Shown in pieces: positions 49,679 to 64,000 of a stretch of DNA of 64,000 nt. This stretch comes from Selaginella moellendorffii (lineage: Eukaryota > Plantae > Lycopodiophyta): assembly GCF_000143415.4 (NCBI RefSeq), contig NW_003314320.1, positions 246,586 through 310,585 of the forward strand. Direction: 5' to 3'. The position numbers and the translations under genes are program-made. How positions within the stretch are numbered: the first letter of the stretch is position 1; the number at the start of each line of letters is the position of its first letter. The notes under the pieces were generated by a model. The model ran no database searches, was not told the origin of the DNA, and saw only the letters and a list, made by a program, of their open reading frames with translations.

Positions 49679-52004
49679 ATGGTGGATTCTTCTTCATCCG
49701 ACTCCAGCAGCGATGAGGAGGTAAGAAATCCCCCCGCCAAGGCTGTCCCCGCCAAGCGGAAGAAGGCGCCGCCACCGCCGCCGGCTAAGAAGGTGGAAAG
49801 CGAGGACGATAGCAGCGATAGCAGCAGCGATGAAGAAGACGCGAAGCCTGTGGTGAAGAAGCCCCAGGGAAAAGCTGCGGTTCCAGCGAAGAAGGCGGCT
49901 AAGAGTGATAGCAGCGATGAGAGTAGCGATGAGGAAGAGGAAGCAAAGCCTGCGGTGAAGAAGCCGCAGGCCAAGGCTTCGGTGGTGGCTCCGGCGAAGA
50001 AGGCACAGGAGAGCAGTGACGACAGTGACGATGATAGTGACGAAGAAGAGGAGAAGCCCAAGCCCCAAGCCAAGCCTGCCGCCACTTCTTCGAGGGCCAC
50101 TCCTGCGAAGAAAAAAGTCGAGGAAAGTGAGAGCGATAGTGAAGACGATAGTGACGACGAAGACGAGAAGCCGGCAGTGAAGAAGCCACTGGCGAAGCCC
50201 GCCGCCGCCGCTGCTCCCAAGAAGAATGCTGCCAAGGATGAGTCCAGCGACGATGACAGTAGTGATTCGGAGAGCGAAGACGATAAGGCTGCCGCCAAAA
50301 CGCCTGCGAAGAAGGCCCAAGTGAAGCCTGCTGCTACCAAAAAGGCTACTGCGAAGGAGGAGAGTGATAGTGATGACAGTAGTGATGAGAGCGAAGAGGA
50401 GAAGAAACCTGCGGCCAAGACTAATGCCAAGGCTTCTACAGCTCCGATGGACGTTGATGAGAGCAGTGACGATGATGACAGCGACGATGACGATGAGCCT
50501 GCTAAGCCTGCTGCTAAAGTCGCTACTAAGGCCAAGCCAGCTGCGAAAGATGAGGAAGACGATGAGGAGGATTCATCAGAAGAAGAGGAAGAGGAGGAGA
50601 AAGCTGCCAAACAAGCACCAGCCTCGAAAAAGCAAAAGCTTGAAGTAAGTAATGATTGCTATTCTCCTATACTGTGCTGATACCTTTTGCAGAATGGAAA
50701 AGCTGCAGCGACAAAAACTGACGAGGTAGATTGCTTAAGTCTCTTCCAGTAGATTGTCTAACCTTCGCTTCATGCAGGTGAAAACTCCGGCGAAAGAGGG
50801 TGGCGAATCTAAAACTCTGTTTGTGAGAAACATTCCGTTTTCTGTAACCGACGAAGATCTGTAAGTTCTTTCTTTCCGAGGGAATCTCAAGCTCATTGTT
50901 GCCGTAAATGCAGTGCACAATACTTCGAAGATGCTGGTGAAGTTGTGGGCGTGCGAATTGCGCAGGGCGATAACGGTCCGAAAGGGTTTGCACACGTTGA
51001 GTTTTCAACGGAAGCCGCTGCTCAAAAGGTACCTTTTTGTTGTTCCTTCCATTCCTCATGTCGCGCTATGCCAGGCACTCAATAAAAGCGGTCAAGATAT
51101 GGGTGGCAGAAGGATTTACTGTGATCTTGCAAATCCGAGGGGTACTCCTGCGAGTGGACCGAAGCGCGACCGGCCTTCTCCGGGGTGTGTGTTGACTTCT
51201 TCCTGTTTTTCTTTCTTTCGTTTGCGGGAAACTTCTTACGAGATTGCATTCTTCTCATAGGTTCAATGGCAACCGCAAGACGAGTGGAAATACCGTCTTT
51301 GTCAAGGGTTTCGACAAGTATCAAGAAGAAGACTCGGTACATTTCTCCTCTTATATATACCTTCGCGTGACCTCCGTTTTCTCAGATACGAGACTCGCTG
51401 ACTAAACACTTCAAAAGCTGCGGTACCATTGAGCGGGTTAAAATTCCCACTGATAGAGAAACCGGAAATATCAAAGGGTAACTTAGTTTTACTTTGTTTC
51501 CAGAATGCTTCTCACTCTTTTGTTGGCTACAGCTTCGCTTACATCGAATTCAGTACCGACGGAGCTCCGGCCAAAGCCAAAGAACTTCACGGCTCAGACC
51601 TGGACGGCTCCAACCTCGTCGTTGATGACGCAACCGAGCCTTCTGGAGGAGGAGGCGGCGGTGGAAGCTATGGTGGCGGCGGCGGAGGAAGCTATGGTGG
51701 TCGCTATGGCGACCGTAGTGGAGGTTATGCTGACCGCGGTGGTCGAAGAGGTAAGAAGGCGTCGAGTTCTCGATAACAAGGCCTTATTCTTTTTTCTCCT
51801 TTTTAACAGGCCGTGGTGATCGTGGCCGTGGTGATCGTGGTCGCGGTCGCGGGCCAAGCAGCGCTCCAAGGCAGAAAATCAATGTCGCAGCGTCCGGTAA
51901 GTTTGTTTTCACGTAGTTCTTTGTTTGTCTATGCTCCAAAGTCCAAAGCTAACTTCCTCTCTCATGAACTTGCAGGAAAGAAGACAACCTTTGGCGACGA
52001 TTAG
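49679..52004 (+). CDS. Nucleolin-like protein (acidic/basic repeats, 2 RRMs, GAR tail)
   Basis: Alternating SSDDE and KKPAAK blocks; RRM1 (TLFVRNIPF, KGFAHVEF); RRM2 (TVFVKGFDK, KGFAYIEF); RGG tail; ends GKKTTFGDD*. Confidence 0.93.
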
Positions 52005-52443
52005 AAGCGCTTGATCAAACACCATCGCTGCTAGCTCTCTAGGTGCGTCTCGAAAAGGCACACTCTAATAGCAAAGTAGTGCTTGTGTACTCTCAGTTTT
52101 GCAGCTCTTGTGGAAGAAAAGATCTATTTAATTACAATAAACTTGTGGCTTTAGAAGAAATCGCGTTTTCGTTGCATAAAAATGCTTTGACACGTTTGGT
52201 CTCAAGGAGAAGAGAAAAGAAAAGAGTGAAAGCCTACAGGCTCTCTCTCTGGGATTTCTTGATGGATCCAATCGTGCCTCCACGAAAAGTGGTTCTTTTG
52301 TGTCTAAGCTCTGCATCCCAGATCCAGATTTAGATCCAAGAATCGTTGCTTCTATCACGGACCAAGTCCTTGTCATAAGCAGCAGCAAGTTTTCTCTCGA
52401 TCCATCCATCCATCTTGTTCTTGCTTCTTTCGTCTCTGGCGCG

Positions 52444-53295
52444 ATGGGCTTCGTCGAGTACATCTCCTCCAAGCAATGGGCGGTTGCGGGATCCATTATC
52501 TTGCCGCTCGTCTTCTTCCTCAGCCTGTGCATTCTCCGGGACACCACTCCCGAGACCCAGTCCACTTTCCAGAACTTGAAGGAGACGGCCTTTCCGGAGA
52601 GCTATCGCGGACTCCCGCTCGAGGTAGGCACCGCTCTCGCTCGCTACGTCTCCAGCAAGGTAATCCCCCAGCAAACTTTCGACGAGATTATGATGACCGT
52701 GAGAGTTCTCGCGGCACGGGGCCCTTGCAACTTTCTCGTCTTTGGACTGGGGTTCGACAGCGTCATGTGGAAAACTCTCAACCACGGTGGCCGCACGGTG
52801 TTCCTGGAAGAAACCGAGGATTGGATCAAGCAGGTGACGGGCAAGAATCCAGATCTGGAGGCCTACCTCGTCAGATACAACACCAAGTTGATGGATGCCG
52901 GGAGACTCATGGACCACGCCAGGAAGAATCGCAATGGAAAGTGCCGGCCAGTGCAGGCCATCCGGAACTCGACTTGCAAGATCGCGCTGAGTTATCTTCC
53001 CAAGAAGCTGTACGAGGTTGACTGGGACGTGATCATGGTGGACGCTCCCCGAGGCTACTTTGCCGAGGCACCTGGAAGAATGGCAGCGATTTTCAGTGCG
53101 TCGGTCATGGCCAGGAGCCGGAAGAATGGAACGACGGATATATACGTACACGACGTGGAGCGGCCGGTGGAGAGGCAGTACTGCGAGGAGTTTCTGTGTC
53201 GCGCGAATCTCGTGGAGGAAGCTCCAACCAAGAGGCTGTGGCACTTCAGGCTAGCTCCTCAGTTGAGCGGAAGTTCCTCCAAAAGCTTTTGCTGA
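52444..53295 (+). CDS. DUF579 polysaccharide O-methyltransferase (GXM/AGM-like), intronless
   Basis: N-terminal TM helix; PQQT..EI; PCNFLVFGLGFDS..W..LNHGGRTVFLEE; YEVDWDVIMVDAPRGYFAEAPGRMAAIFSA; VHDVER.VE..YCEEFLC; LWHF. Confidence 0.93.
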   Translation: MGFVEYISSKQWAVAGSIILPLVFFLSLCILRDTTPETQSTFQNLKETAFPESYRGLPLEVGTALARYVSSKVIPQQTFDEIMMTVRVLAARGPCNFLVFGLGFDSVMWKTLNHGGRTVFLEETEDWIKQVTGKNPDLEAYLVRYNTKLMDAGRLMDHARKNRNGKCRPVQAIRNSTCKIALSYLPKKLYEVDWDVIMVDAPRGYFAEAPGRMAAIFSASVMARSRKNGTTDIYVHDVERPVERQYCEEFLCRANLVEEAPTKRLWHFRLAPQLSGSSSKSFC

Positions 53296-53344
53296 GGGCT
53301 CTCCTTCTCTTCCCGAGGTTATTACTTCTTTTCTTCGTGGCTGC

Positions 53345-55298
<1,954 letters not shown>

Positions 55299-55385
55299 GC
55301 CCAAGAACCCTAAAACTCAAACAAACAATGCAACACGTCAGATAGAAACGCATACGTGTCAATTTATAAATCTGCCAACTAGGCC

Positions 55386-55928
55386 CTAGAATACAAGTTT
55401 AGATGTTGAAATGTTGAAATGTCTCCTAAATCTACAATCCTCTCTTCTCTTCCAGTAAATGTAGCCAGCAACAGCCACTAACGCAATTCCCAATATCACT
55501 CCAAAGATAATCCCAGCCTTTTGTCCAGGGCTCAATCCTTTGTGGCTGGATGGCGATGATGATGAAGGTGAAGGTGAAGGTGAAGGTAACGGTGACGGTG
55601 ACGGTGGCGACGAAGGCGGGGATGCCGACGGTAGCGATAGAATTTGAGGTGGCTCTACTGTTTGTGGTGTGGGCGATGGTGACTCCATTGGTTGTGGTGT
55701 GGGCGATAGTGGTAGTGATGACGGTGGTGGTGATGGTGATAGTGACGGTGACGGTGATAGGAAAGGTGGAGGTGGTGATACAAACGATGGTGATGGTGAT
55801 CCCAACGGTGGAGAAGAAACCTGTTGTCCCATCGCTGATAAATCCATAGGACCACCTCGTGCCTTTGCTGAAACAACCATTATTACAAGAATGAGCCCCA
55901 TAGCCATAACTTTGGAGGAGATCTCCAT
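55386..55928 (-). CDS. Ser/Pro-rich single-pass membrane protein (extensin/AGP-like ectodomain)
   Basis: Signal peptide, (SP)n/SPPP tract, then GLSPGQKAGIIFGVILGIALVAVAGYIYWKRR (TM plus basic stop-transfer). Confidence 0.85.
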   Translation of the reverse strand: MEISSKVMAMGLILVIMVVSAKARGGPMDLSAMGQQVSSPPLGSPSPSFVSPPPPFLSPSPSLSPSPPPSSLPLSPTPQPMESPSPTPQTVEPPQILSLPSASPPSSPPSPSPLPSPSPSPSSSSPSSHKGLSPGQKAGIIFGVILGIALVAVAGYIYWKRREDCRFRRHFNISTSKLVF

Positions 55929-56205
55929 CTTTTAAGCTGACCTAATCTTTTCAATCGATTGATCACATATTATACCTTCCCGGAACCATATCTGGTCTGA
56001 AATTCCGGACATATTTGGCCGTCTACCGTCAACTGTGACTGGCACATCCCGCGTGGACCATTTCCCGCGCTTCCATGTCATATAGAGTTCATTAGCTCAC
56101 GAAATTTCAAACCTAGATGTGTCGCAACACCATAGCACGAATTTATGGCCACCAGTGGCCACGTTTGAGCTTTCGTACCCCAGCAGCCAAGTTTTTGGAA
56201 TTCTG

Positions 56206-56235
56206 GGATATCCCTTCCCACGGATTCGGATATAC
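56206..56235. promoter_or_regulatory. Paired P1BS (PHR1-binding, GNATATNC) elements upstream of the G3P permease gene
   Basis: GGATATCC at 56206-56213 and GGATATAC at 56228-56235, about 315-345 nt before ATG 56550. Confidence 0.65.
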
Positions 56236-56549
56236 CGGCCTTCTTAAACGGAGGCACATATCGGACGGTCAATGTACGCTTTCTTGCGTTTTTCTCCTAT
56301 TTTTCTCTCTTTTCTTCCCTCGATAGCGCGCTTGTAATGCAGGCGCTGGAGCATCGATTTCACGGATTGGAGCTCCGGTTTGCGAGATTTCTTGTGTAAG
56401 TTTCAGGTTTCACGGATTCTGGACTCTGTGGGGCTGGATTTTTGGTGATATCGACGAGCGAGCTCTCGGCTCATCGATTGATCCAAGAAATTTCGCGAAA
56501 TCTCTGGGTCTGGGGTGATATTTCGGCCGCGGCTCTGCTCCAGGGATCC

Positions 56550-58440
56550 ATGGATCGCTTCCGGAGCGCTCCACCGGGGATCCGTGTGGCGAGAGCGATC
56601 GCGGGCAGGAATTTCCGGGTGGGCAAGGGCCTCATTCTCGTCATCACCTTCATCGCCTACGCCTGCTACCACGCCTCCCGCAAGCCGCCGAGCATCGTCA
56701 AGAGCGTTCTTGATCCAGAGACAGGCTCCAGCAATCCCAATATCAACGCCATCGATTCCATCGCCGCCATCGCGGTCGCCGGCAACGCGAGCGCTGTCCA
56801 AGAAATCGCCATCGCCAGGCCTCTCAGCTGGCTCTTCGTCCCCCGCGATGCCTCGAATGCGGCGCGGCTCCAATCCAGAGCCGCCGGCTGGGCTCCATTC
56901 AACGAAGAGGGCGGAAAATCCCGGCTGGGCCAGATCGACGTCGCGTTCCTGGCGTGCTACGCGCTGGGGATGTTCTTCGCGGGGCATCTCGGCGACAGGC
57001 TCGACTTGCGGATCTTCCTCACGATGGGGATGGTGGGCAGCGGCACCTTCGTTTGCCTCTTTGGCCTGGGCTACTGGTGGAACATCCACAGCCTCTACTA
57101 CTTCCTCTTCGTCCAGATGATCGCGGGGCTCTTTCAAGCAACAGGATGGCCGTCGGTGGTGGCCATCGTTGGGAACTGGTGTGGGAAATCCAAGCGGGGA
57201 TTGATCATGGGCGTGTGGAACGCTCACACCTCGGTTGGAAACATCGTTGGATCACTGGTTGGAGCGGCGGTTCTTCCATTCGGCTGGGGGTGGTCGTTTC
57301 TACTCCCGGGGTTGCTTATCATGGTCGGTGGCGTGATGGTCTACTTGTTCCTGGTGGTGGATCCGCGAGACGTGGATTTGCCATCTCCATACGATGGTGG
57401 CGGTGGCGAGAGTTCGTCCGTGCAAGGATCAAGCGACGAGGAGGAGGAAGATGAGGCTGGATCATCGTCGAGCTCCAGCCTCGTTTCGGATCGAGATGAT
57501 CAGGATCCAGAGGCCCAGGTGAGGAAAAACTCCAGCCCCGGACGCGATCAACCCGTCGGGTTCTTGGAGGCGTGGGTGATACCCGGAGTTGCTCCATTCG
57601 CGTTTTGTCTCTTCTTCTCGAAGCTGGTTGCTTACACTTTTCTCTACTGGCTACCGTTCTATGTACGACACACAAGTAAGTCCATGCTCTTTTTCACTTT
57701 TTCTTTTCGGTGGTTTCTAAACAATTGTTCTTTGATCTTCCAGGAATTGCTGGAGTCGTCCTCTCCGACACGACAGCCGCGAATCTCTCGATACTGTTCG
57801 ACATAGGCGGCGTTTTCGGCGGTGTTCTCGCCGGCCACCTTTCGGACAAGCTCAACGCGCGGGCCATCACCGCGGCAACTTTCACGTACTGCGCGATCCC
57901 GGCGCTCTTCTTCTACCACGAGTTTGGAGCAATCTCCATGCCTCTCAACGCGGGGCTGATGCTGGCGCTGGGAATGCTGGTGAACGGCCCCTACGCGCTC
58001 ATCACCACGGCGGTGTCCGCGGACCTGGGGACGCACAGCAGCTTGAGTGGCGATGCTCGGGCGCTGTCCACTGTGACCGCCATCATCGACGGGTGTGGAT
58101 CGGCTGGAGCGGCCGTGGGTCCGCTGCTCACGGGCTACATCTCGGAGCAAGGCTGGGACAACGTCTTCCTCATGCTCATGGCCTCGGCGTTCATGGCGGG
58201 GCTGCTGCTCTCGAGACTGGTGGTGAACGAGGCCGCCGAGAAGATCCGGGGGCTCCGCGAGGCTGGAAAAGATTCGTCATCTCGCGCATCCTCCTCGGGT
58301 ACGTTGGACAGATTCAAAGTGATATTTTTTCGTGGTCACGCGAATCCTCCAGTCGCTGTTGTTCGTTTCTCACCGTGGAATTTTTTTTGTGGTTGTCTAC
58401 AGGAGATCTCTCACAGCCATTCATAAATGGGAAAGGCTGA
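56550..58440 (+). CDS. Glycerol-3-phosphate permease / SLC37-type MFS transporter (G3Pp)
   Basis: [118 protein letters not shown]; two introns. Confidence 0.95.
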
Positions 58441-58630
58441 GTGGCCCTGAAATGATGCCCCACTCCACTACCGCGGCTCTGGATACGATTTTTTTTTGTC
58501 TCCTAGGATCGATCGTTCGAATCTCTGGGATGGGATCATACATATTTGCGGGAGGTATGATCCAGTGTAAATATTCTTGGCGCGCGATTGAGATGTGTTT
58601 GTCCCTTGGAATCTTCTTGGAAGTTATTGT

Positions 58631-58836
58631 CAGTAGACAATAAGTTTTGGAAAAGAGAAAGGTAGATATATATCAAAATCCTTTTAGGGAAATTTGCTTA
58701 AAGGTAGAACTTGGTTGCACCGTGACACATAAACTCTGATGAATCAGTAGACAATAAGTTTTCGAAAAGAGAAAGGTAGATACATATCATTGTCACTCAA
58801 TAAAGAGAATCACAATGTTTGCTTAAAGGTAGAACT
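58631..58836 (+). repeat. Short imperfect direct duplication in intergenic/3' region
   Basis: cagtagacaataagtttt..gaaaagagaaaggtagata.atatca at 58631 and 58745, each followed by tttgcttaaaggtagaact. Confidence 0.75.
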
Positions 58837-59327
58837 ATTCAAAAAGAGAAAGGAGGTGGAATAATCTTCGCCTATATATAATTTAAGTAAATACAAAGGA
58901 ATTCTCTCACTCTCTCACACTTACATGGAACTTTACATGAATTCTGATGAGTCACGGAAAAAAAGAAAACTTCTATGTACACTGGTGTGTCGCTGTCCTG
59001 ATTGTCACTCTCTCATTCTCTCATCTTTGTCTCTCCTTGGGATGTTTGGTACTTGCGCTTTGTTTCAACCTTGCAAAAGGAAAGAAGCACAAGAAGAAAG
59101 TTAGATCATTCGTGGCCACACTAGACGAAAAAGATCGAAGAGAAGTTTACCTTTGCTCTGGGAAGAGACACAAGAAAGCAAGCGTTGTTCCTTGTACTGC
59201 TTGCTTCCCAACGACTGTCAAAATTGGAACACAACGTCGATGAAGTCAAGTCACTCTGTCCGTCCGCCGATGCCAAAAAAAAAAGGAAAAAAAAAGAATA
59301 ACGTGTTGGAAGAAGTCCTCGCTGCCT

Positions 59328-62300
59328 CTATTGCTTCCTGCCAGCAGTCTCCGCAGTGCGTTGCCGCATCATCTCGTTCACCGCCGCTCGTCGTCGAGAC
59401 TCCATTTGGAGCTGGTTTCTTCTTGAATGTTCTCTCAGGTCCCTGCCAAGAGATGGTTAGTCTCTGTGCGAAAACCACAAAGAAGAAAAAGGATAGAGGT
59501 ACTTACTTGCAGCGAGGCACGCGGCAGTCCGCTTGCTTGCAAGATCTCGCATGTAGTTGCATGAAGCTCCACATCCTCTTGCAGTGCAAGCAGTTCCCGA
59601 TAACTCGCTTTTGGCATGTCATTCCGTGCCGGAACAGCCTCTTGAGATCTCCGCAGTTTGGATATTGGCACTGTGTTGTGCAGCACTTCGAAGCGTGAAC
59701 GAGTAACTCCTGCATCATCTTAAGCTGGACAAGGAAATAAAAATGTTGTGAGCAGTGACAGAACGTTCAATTTCACACAAACCTGTTGCACCCGCTGTTG
59801 CCTCGCTTCCTTGTTCTGAGCATTCCGCTCCGATGCTGATGGATGTTGCACGAGCTTGTGAGGATGCTTCCTTGTCTCCTCCTTGTAATAGCAGCCATTG
59901 CAAACGTCGTACTCTGTACAGGTCTCGCACTTCCAGCCTTGTCCTGGTTCTATGTCGTGGGTGCAAATGCAGCACGTCACCACGAACGCCGGGGCCATAG
60001 GATTATGCAAGTGGTAAAGCACCATCATAGACGAGTGCTTGGCCCGCCGCAGTGTGTCGTACTGATAGTGATTCCCCTGGCAGAGGGTCAAAAACGCGTG
60101 TCTGGTGTCAAAGAATTCACTCTCCATTAAGTCATCATTATCCTTGGTGTCTGGTGGAACATCGGTAACTTCGATCTACACAGCACACAAACAAGTGTGT
60201 CATTATCAAAACCAACAATTCTCTCGGATGATTACTCACCGGAGTTAGATAATGCATTTCCTTGCTATTGACAGGATGTCTTTCCCTTTCGTCCAGTTTT
60301 AGCTCTGCTTCATGGCACCTGCACAAAGCAAGCGGAGTTGCCAAACTACCGGAGCAAGTAATTGAAAGATTCTTACCTATCACAAAGCTGAAAGGTCTTA
60401 CAAGGCCGGCAAACCCAGCGGCAGCCCGTCAATATAAAGTTTCTACAGTGTGTGCAAGTGTGCTGTAGATGAACCATAATAAAATCTTCCTTCATTTGCA
60501 TTATCGACTCCCCAAGCTGCAAGGAAAAAGCACGATGTAAATTCATGGCATTGGAAAAAGAAAAACCCACCTTCTGCATGAGTTGCGCATCTTTTGAAGC
60601 GTTGATAGCCATTTCCGCCTGAGCAGCAGTCTTTGTGGCGCGTTTCGTTGGCGGTTTTTTAATCTTTCCCTTTTTCTGCTGCTTTGATCCATCATCGTCA
60701 TCCTGCTGTTGTAGTTGCAGTATCATATCTTCTGCGGCACCCGGCCAATAATCACCATCGAAATATGGAAGCCTTGCAGCGGTCACTTTGGCCTTGCACT
60801 CGCCAGGAGATATGAAAAAAAAGTCATAGAAATTGGTAATCTCGACAACAATATTTTCCCTGGACGCTTTCCTAAGCATCGTTAAGTACCTGAGAATATA
60901 ACACAAAAAGGGGGGGAAAGGTCAATGAACTGAAAGAATAAGATGGAAACCACATACCATTCTCGCAACTTGTCCGACTTTGGAGTCTTCTGAATTTCAG
61001 GGTGACAATAAAGAATGTAATCCTCGCCCTTCAGAGGCGGACACGCCCAAATGTAGCAACTGGTAAAACCTCTCCTTTTACAATACTCCAAGTAAGCAAT
61101 CTGCAAGGAATATCAAGTTACAAAAAGTAAGGTAAGAAGAGAGAAAATTTACCAGCAATTCATGATAAACGAAAGTTCTTAGTGCCTCTCCGTTTGGTGT
61201 TTTCACCTCTGCTGGTCTGAAGTATTTGACGGAATCCAAATAAGAAAGATACACCCGCCGCTGATTTGGTTGCGCAGACTCCACTCCAAACTCTTGAACG
61301 TACATTCCAAAAAGACAAACCTCCACTCCTTCAATCTTTTGAAAAAGTAGCACTGCCTGGAAATTCCAACCAGTCAGAGAAAAAAGGACTACCAAATATA
61401 AAAATAACTTTCACCTTTGATTTATACGGGAATTCAGTAGAGTAATCCTCCTCTTGAAAGATTTCTAGAAACCGAGGTTTGACTTCCAGCCTTTTATCCA
61501 CGGAGGAAACAACCCTCACGACCAGCCCCTCCGCGCCGAGAACCTTCACGCAGTTATCTGAGTACATTCGTGTAAAAACAGTGAGCTGCATACCTCGTCA
61601 TGGCTTCTCCCTTCCTTTCTAGCGCGCTCAGATCGCTCCTGCCTGAGCTTCAGAGTGAGTCTGGACTCGAGGTGATCGCTTAGCCACGTCCGAGGAAGGT
61701 CTTTGGCTCCGAGGACAGCCGAGACTGGCAGTGGATCTCTTTCGCCCGACTCCATTTCAGCCATGCAGCACTCGGGACAAGTATACTCCGCTTCTCCACC
61801 CTCATTCCTCCTGCTATTGAAAAGCGCGCAGGTTTGATGTTGCCATAAGTTACACTTGTCGCAGCACACCCACTGCGAAAATCAAACTTGAGTACAGAAA
61901 TCCCGTTTGCAAACGACATAGCTTACCGCCTCTTCTTGCTCTTCGTCGTGCTTCCTTTTCTCCAAGCACGACTTAGCGTACGTAAGGCCTTCCAATTCGA
62001 CATTCTCCGTGCGAACATCGTTGTAACAAGGAATGCAAAAGTAGTGTCGAGTTTCACGAACCGCTGTTGTATAGTAGAGTGCGTTTCGCTTCACTCGTAT
62101 CCCGCAGCTCGTGCAATAAATAGGTGGTGGATCGAAGAAAAGCTTCTCAACTGCACACAATCTACAAGCGTGCTCGTTTGCCTGAAGTTCCATGGCCTGG
62201 TTCTTCTCTGCTTTGGACTTGCTCTGCTAAGAAAATGAATGAGCACGAGAAAGAAACTCTAGTGATTCCTCACGTACCTGGCCAACCCACTGTCTTAAGC

Positions 62301-64000
62301 TCACAATGTGTTGCTTGATTTGCTCGATGGTGAAGATCTCTGTTAGCGAGACGCCAACTATTTTCGGCTTTCCTCCTTTGCCAATCCTTGGACCAGACTC
62401 GTGCTTAACAATCGCGTTCCCGGGATGCTTCACGTCACTTGCTACAGGCTCCGGCTTCACGTTCCGGACGCCACCACCATGAGGTGCTTCAGCCTTCACA
62501 GCTTTGATAACCTCTTTCGACTCGACCTTGACGGGTCCATCACCATTCTCCATAGTAGTAGAGTCTGGCGACGCCACCTTGGGCCGTTTCAGAGGTGGCT
62601 GGCCACCATCTTTAGAACCCGGAGGAGATCCCATCTGGTCTGCTGGCGGAGGGTGAGTTTGCTTTAAGATGGCCTGCCGGACAGGTCCACAAACCGGGCA
62701 TCTAGCGTCACGACACGACTGATGGTGTGTGAGCAACTTCATCGAGGCACTGCACCGCGGATATTGGCACTCACGATCCCGGCATTTGGACATGTGACTT
62801 AGCAGCTGGCGAGCAGTTTGGCAGTGAGGACTGCATATGCACTGTCCACCCGCGGCGGAGCATTTCGTTGCATGACGGAGAAAAAGTAGCCAGCGCTGCT
62901 GCTTGAGGTACTGCTGAGCACGAGTACTGCTGATCACTGGCTGGGGTCCCGTTCCAGAGCCGTTGCTTTCAGGCTGGGCAGCCGCTCCTCCCGGAGTTGA
63001 TACCATAGACGACGGACTTCCTTGTTCCTGCTTCAAAACGGCAGGAGCAGGCTGTGGTGATTGTTGGTGCTCGGTCACTTGCACGCTCTCGTTCACCGGC
63101 TCCGGCTTCGGTTGTAAGGTCTCACTATTCGGAGTTTGTAACTGTTTCTGTGTCTCCGGGAACACGACATGATTCTCGTTGGCGATGTTTTTCACCTCCC
63201 TCTCTTGCGCCTGCCATGTTTGCTGAACCTGCGGGGACGGTTTTTGATCCGACTGCTCCATCTGAACAACAGGTCCCGGGACAACATTCTGGACGTCTAA
63301 TGAGGTCTTGGTTAAGTCAGAGAGTTGCTGGAACGTTGTTCCCTGATCTTGCTGTTGCGGCTGCTGCTGTTGTGCGGCTTGTTGCCTTTGCTGCAGCTGC
63401 TGCATTTGTTGCTGCAATTGCTTCTGGTGATGCTGTTGCTGCTGCTGCATTCGCTGTTGCTGTAAGCTCATCGCCACCCCTTGCTGTTGACTCGAAGATT
63501 TCGCAAGTTGAGGATTAATTGCGTTTAGAGCAACTCCATTGTTCACAAGGCCACCTGTTGTTGATGGAGTATACAAGTTACCCCCAGGTCCAGCCAAGTC
63601 CGCAGCATTCATGGCATAGCTGCCATTGGAAACGGCGGAGCTCAGCGCTACATAACGAACTCGTCAGTAAAAACACATCGCTGGACAGGAAAGAGCTAGC
63701 TTACTTTGCATCCGTTGTTGTTGGTTCAAACGCTGTTGCTGTTGTAGCATATACTGAGCTTGAGCTTGATTCGGGTAATCGTGCACTGCAACGTTTCCGT
63801 TCGCTAGGTGAGAACGATTCATCACCATACCATTCGCTAGTCCGTTTGCTGTCTTCACTTGAGAAGCACCGTTCATATGAGCACGAAGGATATGACCATT
63901 GGAAGCCGCGAGCTGCTGCGGTTGCACGGAAGCCATCGAGATGTCGCTGACTTTAGGGAAGTTCGACACACTGGGCGACTGCTGTGGCATGCTGAGACCC
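59328..64000 (-). CDS. HAC1: CBP/p300-type histone acetyltransferase HAC1-like; 5' end outside window
   Basis: Q-rich region; TAZ1 ([14 protein letters not shown]); PHD ([19 protein letters not shown]); KAT11 HAT ([60 protein letters not shown]); ZZ fingers; TAZ2; [15 protein letters not shown]; TAG at 59328. Confidence 0.96.

Noticed and set aside
49651-50610. Long Ser/Ala-rich antisense ORF and repeat-spacer-like pattern
   Set aside because: It is the reverse-frame shadow of nucleolin's low-complexity repeats. The repeats are inexact and the context is eukaryotic, so it is not CRISPR.
52330-53244. 304-aa antisense ORF over the DUF579 gene (similarly 56403-57227 over G3Pp and 1585-2250 over RLT)
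   Set aside because: These are explained by GC-rich codon bias on the sense strand and show no recognisable motifs.

Overview
Gene-dense eukaryotic plant DNA with very short (about 45-70 nt) GT-AG introns and telo-boxes. A C11orf65/MFI-like gene, typical of flagellated lineages, makes a lycophyte such as Selaginella likely (inference). The right half (about 33-64 kb) is ordinary housekeeping genes: eIF4E, TML, proteasome beta-7, RCC1-FYVE-BRX, CysRS, mitochondrial uL29/L47, NDUFS8, nucleolin, a DUF579 methyltransferase, ITPK4, a G3P permease and HAC1/CBP. The left half is a head-to-tail ~14.8 kb tandem duplication (2490-17335 and 17345-32078) joined by a 9-nt filler. Between a RINGLET/RLT homeobox-DDT gene and the MFI-like gene, each unit carries an accessory island with two different Crinkler/Spok-type 'restriction-endonuclease-fold + kinase' genes and two decayed LINE relics. 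Gene B has an intact PD...ExK nuclease motif, an intact HGDLR/DFDW kinase and two tandem N-terminal header domains. Gene A has degenerate catalytic residues in both modules. This pair is the best candidate for an undescribed system (toxin/antidote, drive or immunity-like; inference). Unexpectedly, one LINE relic is heavily diverged by transitions between the two duplicate copies while its flanks are near-identical. All calls come from reading the sequence by eye; no searches were run.
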